Shown piece by piece: positions 8,919 to 17,712 of a stretch of DNA of 24,000 nucleotides. The DNA is from Megasphaera intestinihominis (GTDB lineage: Bacteria; Bacillota; Negativicutes; Veillonellales; Megasphaeraceae): NCBI RefSeq assembly GCF_040096415.1, contig NZ_JBBMEU010000010.1, positions 20,143 through 44,142 of the forward strand, read 5' to 3'. The notes beneath the pieces are model-generated. The model had not been told where the DNA came from, did no database searches, and saw only the letters and a list, made by a program, of their open reading frames with translations. Within the stretch, counting starts at the first letter, position 1. Each line of letters begins with the position of its first letter. A program made the translations under genes and the position numbers.

Positions 8919-9584
8919 ATGAAGAAACTGACTTATGAAAATATTGCCCATGCCAAAGAGCTGAATGTTTATTTAGAACAGGGAAACCGGGTCCTCGATG
9001 CTCTGGGGTATACGGACCATTCGCAAAAGCATACGGCTAAAGTGGCCGTCACGGCCGGCAAAATCCTGAAGAAGCTCGGCTATGACGCCCACATGGTGGA
9101 ACTTGTGCGCATTGCCGGTTATATGCACGATTTGGGGAACAGCATCAACCGCGTAGACCATGCCCATACGGGGGCCCTCATGGCGTTCCATTTCCTGCGC
9201 GACTGGGGCGCACCACCAGAAGATATTGCTGCCATCATCTCGGCCATTGGCCAGCACGATGAACGGAGCGGCATCGCCTTTGACCCCCTGTCTGCCGCCC
9301 TTATCCTGGCCGACAAGAGCGATGTCCGCCGGGACCGCGTCCGCAACACCGTACCGGAAACCTTCGACAAACACGACCGCGTCAATTATGCTGCCCTGTC
9401 GTCGAAGCTCCACGTCGACACGCACAAGAAAGTCATTACCTTGAACATCGAGCTCGATGAATCGATTTGCTCCATGATTGATTATTTTGAAATCTTTTCC
9501 CAGCGTATGCTCATGTGCAAGCGGGCAGCCGAAGTTCTGGGCCTGCGCTTCAAACTTGTAGCCAATGGCAATAAAATTGCATGA
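8919..9584 (+). CDS. HD-domain phosphohydrolase-like protein
   Basis: HSQKHTAKV, GYMHDLGNSINRVDHAHTGA, ILADKSDVRRDRVR; start MKKLTYENIAHAKEL after AGAAAAGGA. Confidence 0.8.
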   Translation: MKKLTYENIAHAKELNVYLEQGNRVLDALGYTDHSQKHTAKVAVTAGKILKKLGYDAHMVELVRIAGYMHDLGNSINRVDHAHTGALMAFHFLRDWGAPPEDIAAIISAIGQHDERSGIAFDPLSAALILADKSDVRRDRVRNTVPETFDKHDRVNYAALSSKLHVDTHKKVITLNIELDESICSMIDYFEIFSQRMLMCKRAAEVLGLRFKLVANGNKIA

Positions 9585-9643
9585 CAGCTTCTAACTACAT
9601 ATAATTACCATAAAAAGTACATATTTCGCAGCTTATCGAAAAG

Positions 9644-9688
9644 AAGGCGACACCTAATTTTTAACATTTAGGCATGTTGCCTTTTTTT
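9644..9688 (+). terminator. Intrinsic terminator after the HD-domain gene
   Basis: aaggcgacacctaa ... ttaggcatgttgcctttttttt hairpin with T-run. Confidence 0.6.
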
Positions 9689-9739
9689 TCCATGATACAC
9701 TTATAATATAGTTTAAAACATGTTGTAGAGAAAGGAATC

Positions 9740-10947
9740 ATGCATATGCTACGTTATGGAAAAGGAACACTTCTCACTACGGTGATGGCCGGACTGCTGG
9801 CCCTGTCCCTGCTGACGGCAGGCTGCGGCAGCACGACACCGACTAAGAGTGCCGCTGTGTCGGTCAAGGCCATGAAAGTCCTCCAGCAGGATACGGCTGT
9901 GAGCCACGACTATTCGGGTCAGATCAAATCGACCAACGCCGTCACCATCAAGCCCCGCGTTTCCGGAGAAATCGTAGAGAAATACTTCACGGCTGGCGAT
10001 CCTGTTGAAAAGGGCCAGCCCTTGTATAAAATCGATGACCGCCAATATGAATCGGAAGTCCTCTCAGCCAAATCGAATGTCGACAAGGCCCGGACGACGC
10101 CAACAACTCCCTCGTCGACTTGAACCGTTATCAGCAGCTGGCAGCTTCCGGCGCCGTAGCCGAACAGACCCTGACCAACCAGCAGGCCACGGTGGACAGC
10201 AATCAGTCGAGTTACGACGATGCCAATACCCTCTTGCAGAAGGCCCAGGAAAACTTAGACGACACCATCATCAGGGCGCCTATTTCCGGCAAGCTCTCTG
10301 TGGACGACGTACCCAGCGGGACTTATGTCACGCCAGGCAACACGGCCCTGGTATCGGTAGGTTCGATCAATCCTATTTACGTCTAGTTCTCGATCAGTGA
10401 AAATGAATTCTTGAACTTCCGCATGGCCAATGACAATGAGCCGGAAGACCCTACGCCGCCGACGGCATCCCTGACTTTGAGCAACGGTAAGAAATACGAT
10501 GAAACGTCGACATCGTACCAGTTCGACCGGGAAGTGTCGGACAGTACCGGTACGATTACGGTCAAGGCTCTCTTCAATAATGCCGATGGCGTCCTCCTGC
10601 CGGGGATGTTCGCCCGTGTTACCATGGAAGGCCACCCCTTGAAGGATGCCATCCTCGTGCCTCAGCGTGCGGTCCAGCAGGTCCTGGACCAGTCCTTCGT
10701 CATCGTCGTCGGGAGCGATAATAAGTCCGTCGCCCGCGTCGTCACCTTAGGCGACCAGGTCGGCAGCTACTATATCGTCAAGAGCGGCCTCGATAAGGAC
10801 GATATCGTCGTCGTCGAAGGCCTGAGTAATCTGAAGGAAGGTCAGGACCTGGACGTCACCATGACCACGGCTGATGAATTGGGCCTGTCCCTGACGGCAT
10901 CCGATTCGTCGGCTTCGACTTCTTCCGTATCGCTTACGGCTAAATAA
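9740..10947 (+). pseudogene. RND efflux membrane fusion protein (HlyD/AcrA family), disrupted
   Basis: Lipoprotein-like N-terminus (LSLLTAGCGS), SGEIVEKYFTAGDPVEKGQPLYKIDDRQYE; frameshift near 10092-10095 and in-frame TAG at 10384-10386 (IYV*FSISENEF), after which homology resumes in the same frame. Confidence 0.85.
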
Positions 10948-10958
10948 GGAGGCGCGTC

Positions 10959-13900
10959 ATGTCTAGTTTCTTCATCCGACGGCCTATTTTCGCCATCGTC
11001 ATTTCCATCATCATCGTCATCCTGGGGGGCCTGTCCCTCCTGTCCCTGCCTATTGCCCAGTATCCGCAGATTTCGCCGCCGACGGTCAATCTGAGTACGA
11101 CCTACACCGGTGCCAATGCGACCATCGTCAATCAGACCGTCGCCCAGGTCATCGAAGACCAGCTCAAAGGCGTCGATGATATGTCCTATATGTCCTCGAC
11201 GTCGAGCAACGACGGTTCGTACAGCCTGTCCGTCGTCTTCAGCCTGGACAGTGACGGCAATACAGATGCCATCAACGTCCAGAACGACGCCAATCTGGCC
11301 AAGAACAGCCTGCCCAGCGACGTACAGACCCAGGGCCTGACCGTCCGCAGAGCCTCTGGCGACATGGTCCTCATGGCTAACATCTATTCGCCGAACGGGA
11401 CGTATAACCAGGCGTTCCTCAAGAATTATGCCGATATTTACCTGCTTGACAAAATCCAGCGCATCGACGGCGTCGGCAGTGTCAATACCTTCGGTTCCAG
11501 CTATGCCATGCGCGTCTGGCTCAATCCGGAAAAACTGGCCGAACGCGGCCTGACCGTATCGGACGTCATTGCGGCCATCAAGGAACAGAATATGTCGGCT
11601 CCGGCCGGGACCATTGGCAGCCTGCCGGCACCGGCGACACAGGAAAAACAGTACAGCGCCAAAGTCGAAGGCCAGCTGTCGACGCCGGAACAATTCGGCA
11701 ATATCATCTTGAAGTCTACCTCGAATGGCCAGTTCGTCTACCTCAAAGATGTGGCCAATATCCAGACGGGGACGCAGAACGAAAGCAGCAACTCCAAAAT
11801 CAACGGCAAGACTCAACGGCAAGACAGGGATTGGCTTCGGCATCCAGCTTTCCAGCGACGCCAACGCCCTGGACACGATTACGGAAGTCAAGAAGGTCCT
11901 GGAACAGGCCAAGGAAACCTTCCCGCCGGACCTGGATTATACCATTGTCATGGATAACACGAATTTCATCAACGCATCCATCAACGAAGTCAAAGATACC
12001 TTTGTCGAATCGCTGCTCCTGGTCATCCTCGTCGTCTTCGTCTTCCTGCAGAAATGGCGGACGACGCTCATCCCGGTCCTGGCCGTGCCGGTTTCTATCG
12101 TCGGGACCTTTGCGTCCTTTAAGGTCCTCGATTTCACCATCAACACCCTGACCCTTTTCGCCATGGTCCTGGCCATCGGCCTGGTCGTCGACGACGCCAT
12201 CGTCGTCATCGAAAACGTCGAAGAGCATATGTCCAAGGATAAACTGTCGGCCAAGGACGCGACGGAAGCGGCCATGAAAGAAGTCCAAGGGCCGATTATC
12301 GCCACGACTGCTGTCTTGGCCTCGATTTTCATCCCTGTCGCCTTCATCGGCGGCGTCACGGGCGTCCTCTACAAGCAGTTCGCTGTGACCATCACCATTT
12401 CCGTCGTCATCTCGGCTTTCGTCGCCCTGACCTTGACGCCGGCCTTATGCGGTGTTCTCCTGAAGCCCGATGATAAGGCCATCCAGGCCGGGCCGCTGGG
12501 TGCCTTCTTCCGCGGGTTCAACCGGGTTTTCGATCATTTCAAGGACCGCTACACGGGGAAAGTCGGCTGGATGATCCGTCATCTGAAATATGCCGCTGTC
12601 TTCCTCATCCTGGTCACGGGCCTTATGGGCATCTGCTACAAAGTTCTGCCGTCGACGTTCGTCCCCGACGAAGACCAGGGCGTGTTTATGGCCAGTATCA
12701 CCATGCCCGAAGGGAGAATCGATTATCGCCAAGTTCAATAAGACTGTCGTTCCCAACCATCCCGAAGCCCGCGTAGCGGCTTTCAATCTGGCATCCCTCC
12801 CCGGCATGGGCCAGGAAGGCGGCTGGACCATGCAGCTCATGGATAATACGGGCCTGTCCGATACGGAACTGGGCAATGCGGCCAACCAGGTCGTCGCCGC
12901 CTGCTCGCAGCGGCCGGAATTATCCGGTGTCCGCACGAGCTATGCCACCAATACACCGAGCGTGGCCTATACGGTAGACCGTGAAAAAATCAAGAATCTG
13001 GGCATCGAATTGTCCGACGTCTTCACGGCGCTCCAGACCAATTTCGGCGGTTCGTCGGTCAATGACTTCACCCAGTTCGGCCGGTCGTACAAGGTCATCG
13101 TCCAGGCCGACACGTCGTATCGCTCTCAGGCAGACAGTCTGAAATTCATTTCCGTCAAGTCGTCGTCTGGGAAAATGGTTCCCCTCGATACGCTGCTGAC
13201 CAGCTCCATGACCACCGGCCCGTCGTCGATCACCCGTTTCAACGGCGTCCGCAGCGTCACCATCCAGGGCAGCGCCGCCAGCGGCTACAGTTCCGGTGAA
13301 GCCATGGCAGCGGCCGAAGAAGCGGCCAAGAGCGTCATTCCGACGGGGATGACCATCGAATGGTCCGGCCAGAGCCGCGAAGAAAGCACGTCGTCCAGTT
13401 CGACGACGAAAATCCTGCTCATGGCCCTGGTCTTCGCCTTCCTCTGCCTGGCTGCCCTCTATGAAAGCTGGTCCATGCCGTTCGCCGTCCTGTTCACCGT
13501 ACCGACGGGGATTTTCGGGGCTGTCGGCTCGGAATACATCATCCGCCAGCTGGCGACCTTGTTCAACGCCAATGCCAGCGGCTTCTTGAACAGCGTCTAC
13601 ATGCAGATTGGCGTCATCATGATCATCGGCCTGGCGGCCAAGAACGCCATCCTCATCGTCGAATTCGCCAAAGAGCGTGTCGACAAGGGTATCGACCCGA
13701 TGGAAGCTGTCGTCATCGCCTCCAAGCTTCGCCTGCGGCCAATCCTCATGACGGCCTTTACGGCCATCATCGGCTGCCTGCCTCTGGCCTTTGCCAGCGG
13801 TGCCGGCGCCGGAGCCCGCTGCGGCATGGGCGTCGCCGTCGTCGGCGGCATGACCTTTGCCACCCTCTGCGGCCTGCTCCTCATCCTGGCGTTCTACATC

Positions 13901-13984
13901 ATTTCCGAAAAAATGGCCCGCAGCTTCTGGAAAGCCACAGGCCTGAAACGAATCAAATTCAAACACCGCATGTTGAGGCGGTGA
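10959..13984 (+). pseudogene. RND efflux inner-membrane transporter (AcrB/HAE1 family), disrupted
   Basis: FFIRRPIFAIVISIIIVILGGLSLLSLPIAQYPQISPP; VLAIGLVVDDAIVVIENVEEH; GLAAKNAILIVEFAKE. Reading frame breaks at 11800-11825 and near 12705-12720. Confidence 0.88.
11800..11825 (+). repeat. Perfect 13-bp tandem duplication inside the RND transporter gene
   Basis: tcaacggcaagac|tcaacggcaagac; removing one copy restores K-I-N-G-K-T-G-I-G-F-G-I. Confidence 0.9.
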
Positions 13985-14017
13985 AAAAAAAGCTTGTCGC
14001 ATGTGCGGCAAGCTTTT
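13985..14017 (+). terminator. Intrinsic terminator after the RND gene
   Basis: aaaaaaagcttgtcgc-atgt-gcggcaagcttttt hairpin with T-run. Confidence 0.7.
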
Positions 14018-14075
14018 TTAAGTGGTTAGTAGCTAGTGGTTAGCGGATGGTAGAAACCTTCACGCGACGCCATCC

Positions 14076-14964
14076 CTACTCATGTACGATGAGTTCCAGG
14101 ATGTCTGGGCGGGTGTAGTGGCCGGCGGCGTCGAATTCCATGTGGCGCAGGACGACTTGGTCCATGTCCAGGTCGGCGTAGATGATGGCTTCCCGGTCCC
14201 AGACGGGCTCGGTGACGTAGTGACCGCACGGATCCGATGATGCAGCTGCCGCCGCGGCAGGCCGTGTCGTTCAGTTTGGCGACGGCCCCGCTTTCGACCA
14301 GGTCGGCCGGGTACATGTCCTTAGTGAAATACTGGTCGACGTTGAAGACGTAGCAGCGCCCTTCGATGGCGATGTGCTTGACCGTATCCTGCCATTCCGG
14401 GTTGTCATTGGTATTCGGTGCCAAATAGAGGCTGACGCCTTTCTGGTAGAGCGCCGTCCGGGCCAGGGGCATATAATTTTCCCAGCAGATGAGCGAGCCC
14501 ATGGGCCCCCACGACGTCTGGACCATGGGGAAATACGTCGACGGGTCATGAGAATCAGCCCAGATATAGCGTTCTGCCCCAGTCGGTTTGATTTTCCGAT
14601 GATGAGCCGCCAGCGTGCCGTCCGGTGCCAAGATGACATTGCTGCAATACAGGGAATACGTCGTTTCATCCCGTTCGGTAATACCCAGGCTGACATAAGC
14701 CCCGGCGGCTTTGGCCGCAGCGGCTACGTCCTGCAAATCCTGACGGACGACGACGGCCTGGTCATAATAGCGCTTCCAGTCGGCCCGTTCGGCTTCGGAA
14801 CGGCTGCCGACGGTAAAGCCGAAGGTCAGGCCATAGGGATAGCATGGAACCAGCGATTCGGGAAAGACGATGAGCTGTGCCCCATTCCGGCCGGCCTCCT
14901 CGATTTGATGGACGACTTTCTGCAGCGTCGCCTGTTTATCGAAGAATACAGGCGCAACCTGCAC
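14076..14964 (-). pseudogene. Carbon-nitrogen hydrolase/nitrilase, frameshifted near the C-terminus
   Basis: Catalytic triad contexts VFPESLVPCYP, HRKIKPT, GSLICWENYMP; frame changes near 14231-14234, after which another frame gives CGHYVTEPVWDREAIIYADLDMDQVVLRHMEFDAAGHYTRPDILELIVHE*. No clear ATG+RBS; nearest start is an internal-looking GTG at 14964. Confidence 0.7.
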
Positions 14965-15101
14965 GATAGCGGCGCGTAGTTTCTTTTTTAAAAAAATGTG
15001 CTATACTGATTCAGTCCACAGTTTACGGACCGATAAGGATAACGACTGTGCAGTTTTCGGGCTGCCGTCGTTATCCTTTTTTGTATGATAAAGGAGGGCT
15101 T

Positions 15102-15284
15102 ATGTATTTGCTTATCGATAATTACGATTCTTTTACGTATAATTTGGCCGATTTAGTGGCGGAAACGGGATGCGACGTACAGGTCTGCCGCTGCGACCAG
15201 ATTGGGCGGAATGAGATTGCCGCTTTGAACCCGCAGGGACTGATTATTTCGCCTGGGCTGAAACGTATCTCAAAGCCTATTTGA
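15102..15284 (+). pseudogene. pabA: N-terminal fragment of aminodeoxychorismate/anthranilate synthase glutamine amidotransferase
   Basis: MYLLIDNYDSFTYNLADLVAETGCDVQVCRCDQI...LIISPG, class I GATase N-terminus only; lacks the catalytic Cys/His/Glu region; strong RBS AAGGAGGG. Confidence 0.8.
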
Positions 15285-16444
15285 AAAAGCATTACCAGGC
15301 CAATCAGACCGCCCTGCCCTTGACAGCTGGGGCCATCGGCTATGTCAGCTATGACTACGGCCTGGCACTCCATGGGATGAAATCCCGCCACGCCCCTGCC
15401 TTTCCCCTGCCTGATATGAAGTGGGTCTTTTACGATTTCTTCATCATCGAACACCGGCAAAGCCACGCCGTATGGTTTGCTGCCAATGGCCAGACGATGC
15501 CGGCCGAAGCCCTGCTAGCACAGATGGAAGAGAAAATCCGGACTCGCCTTCAGGAAAAAACGCTCCCGCATACTGACGAAAATAGCCAATATGCCTTAAC
15601 CGTCCAAGCCGACAGCACGCCGGAAACCTATGGAAAGGCTTTACAAAAACTCCGAGATTATCTCTTTGCCGGCGATGTCTATGTGACGAATTTCACCAGC
15701 ACCTTAACCGTCCAGAGCCACTGCCCGCCGTACACCTTCTTTTCCCGTCTGCGCCGGGACAATCCGTCCCCTTTCGGGGCTTATTTACAATATGGCTCTT
15801 ATCAAATCATCAGTGCTTCCATGGAACGGCTGCTGTGCCTGCGCCATGACCAGATTGAAACGCGTCCCATCAAGGGCACACGGCGCCGCGGCAAGACGCC
15901 TGCTGAAGATGAAAAGCTGCGACAGGAACTGGCTCAATCGCAAAAAGACCAGAGTGAATTACTGATGATCGTCGATTTGGAGCGCAATGACCTGCACAAA
16001 ATCAGCCAGCCTGGCAGCGTTTCGGTTCCGACGCTGTTTGCCATCGAGCCATATGCCACGGTTTTCCATTTAGTCGCCGATGTAACAGGGACCCTGCGGC
16101 CTGGGCAGACAGCCATTGATGCCTTGATGGCCCTCTTTCCAGGCGGCTCCATTACGGGTGCACCGAAGCGGCGGGCTATGGAAATCATCGACGAATTAGA
16201 ATTCAGCTGGCGCCAGCTTTATACCGGAACGATTGGCTACCTGTCTTTAGATGGGAACTGTGACTTAAACATTGTCATACGGACGGCCGTCCACTACGAT
16301 GACCGATATACCATAGGCGTAGGCGGTGGTATTACGGCCGAATCGGACGTACATTTCGAATACGAAGAAATCTGGCAAAAAGCCAAAGCCTTGCTCAGCG
16401 CATTGAAAGGAGATGTTTTTGATTATGAATCTTATCTTAGATGA
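15260..16444 (+). pseudogene. pabB: Aminodeoxychorismate synthase component I, N-terminally truncated; catalytic chorismate-binding domain retained
   Basis: RPIKGTRRRG, SELLMIVDLERNDL, FPGGSITGAPKRRAMEIIDELE, GVGGGITAESD; open frame begins at TTG 15281 with no RBS, in the remains of upstream coding sequence ETYLKAYLKKHY. Confidence 0.7.
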
Positions 16445-17216
16445 TGGCTCCCAATTCGGATTGGGAGCTTTTGAAACCATTCCCGTCTATCAGGGTCGGC
16501 CAGTCTGGCTGGAGGCTCATGAAAGGCGTTTACGACATACGTTGGAATATTTAGGGATTGACCTTCCTTTTGATTGGGAAAATTATTTATGGGAGTATGT
16601 GTATGGTATGGATGGGGAGGATTGGGTGTTAAAAATACTCGCTTCCGATAAAAATATAAATTTTACATCCCGTGCCAATCCTTATGCATCTATGGCCGAC
16701 CGTCCAGGTTATGTCATCGCCCTGTCGTCCATTCGCCACAATGAAACGTCCCCACTGGTACGGCATAAGACCTTTAATTATGGCGACTCGATCTTAGCCA
16801 AACGGCAGGCCCGGGCCGAAGGTATTGACGAACCGATTTTCTGCAATATGCAGGGCCAATTGACAGAAGGCGCTGTCAGCAATCTCTTTTTCATCAAAAA
16901 CGGGCGGCTCTATACGCCGCCCGTCGAAGCCGGATTATTGCCAGGCATCATCCGGTCTTATCTCTGTCAATGTTATGATGTCATCGAAAAGCCCTTGTAT
17001 CCGGAAGATATCCGGACTTTCGACGAGTGTTTCCTGACGAACTCCCTCATGGGACTCATGCCGGTCCGCCGCTTTGGCACCGTCGCTTTTCCCGTATCCT
17101 CAGAGACGCAGACGGCTGCCTTATTCCGCCGTTATGAAGCAGACAAAAGCCTGTCCTTCCCACTCTCTATAAGACGAGCTGGTGAAAGACCTGGCCGTCC
17201 ATGTCCTTCCAGGTGA
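16413..17216 (+). CDS. pabC: Aminodeoxychorismate lyase / class IV PLP aminotransferase
   Basis: FGLGAFETIPVYQGRPVWLEAHERRLRHTLEYLGI, KTFNYGDSILAKRQARAEG, GQLTEGAVSNLFF; directly downstream of pabB with AAAGGAGAT. Confidence 0.85.
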   Translation: MFLIMNLILDDGSQFGLGAFETIPVYQGRPVWLEAHERRLRHTLEYLGIDLPFDWENYLWEYVYGMDGEDWVLKILASDKNINFTSRANPYASMADRPGYVIALSSIRHNETSPLVRHKTFNYGDSILAKRQARAEGIDEPIFCNMQGQLTEGAVSNLFFIKNGRLYTPPVEAGLLPGIIRSYLCQCYDVIEKPLYPEDIRTFDECFLTNSLMGLMPVRRFGTVAFPVSSETQTAALFRRYEADKSLSFPLSIRRAGERPGRPCPSR

Positions 17217-17712
17217 AGGTGTCCCCGTCCCAGAGGAGATAGCTGTGCGGGCTGTTTTCCTTAGGAAGCGACGTCGAGCCGGGATTCAAGTAATAGTTAT
17301 CCTGGCCGAAGGGCTGCCAGACCGGGACGTGCGTATGGCCGTGGAGCAGGATGTCGCCAGGCTGCATGGGCGGCAGGGATGCCAGATTGTAGCGGTCGCC
17401 ATGAGTCGCATAGACGAGGCGGCTGCCCTGGGTCAGGATGGCATAGGTGGCCATGATGGGAAATTCCAGGACCATCTGGTCCACGTCGGCATCACAGTTC
17501 CCGCGGACACAGAGGATGGCCTCTTTGACTGCGTTGAGCATGGCAAAGACTTCCTTCGGCGCATAGTCCTTGGGCAGGTCGTTGCGCGGTCCGTGATAGA
17601 GGATATCGCCGAGCAGGACCAGGCGGTCAGCCCCTTCCCGCTTCCAGGCGTCGAGCATACGGCGGCAGTAATAAGCCGAGCCGTGGATATCTGAAGCAAT
17701 GAAGAATTTCAT
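17167..17712 (-). CDS. yfcE: Metallophosphoesterase, YfcE-like phosphodiesterase
   Basis: MKFFIASDIHGSAYYCRRML, LLGDILYHGPRNDLP, VRGNCDADVDQ, LLHGHTHVP, NPGSTSLPKE; overlaps pabC tail-to-tail by about 50 bp. Confidence 0.9.
   Translation of the reverse strand: MKFFIASDIHGSAYYCRRMLDAWKREGADRLVLLGDILYHGPRNDLPKDYAPKEVFAMLNAVKEAILCVRGNCDADVDQMVLEFPIMATYAILTQGSRLVYATHGDRYNLASLPPMQPGDILLHGHTHVPVWQPFGQDNYYLNPGSTSLPKENSPHSYLLWDGDTFTWKDMDGQVFHQLVL

Noticed and set aside
7419-9584. Integrase plus HD-domain protein as an anti-phage defence island
   Set aside because: The HD protein looks like a stand-alone phosphohydrolase, there are no effector or sensor partners, and the genes are divergent; no positive evidence for defence.
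10384-10386. TAG as programmed readthrough or pyrrolysine
   Set aside because: The same gene also has a frameshift, so decay is more likely; Gln CAG to TAG is a one-step transition.
10842-11912. 356-aa minus-strand ORF opposite the RND gene, and similar long ORF 12920..14011
   Set aside because: Shadow ORFs of GC-rich coding sequence; low-complexity Arg/Asp-rich products with no recognisable family, while the plus strand has clear RND homology.
11725-12741. Separate protein starting MASSSTSKMWPISRRG
   Set aside because: The N-terminus is out-of-frame translation; this ORF is the middle part of the frameshifted RND gene.
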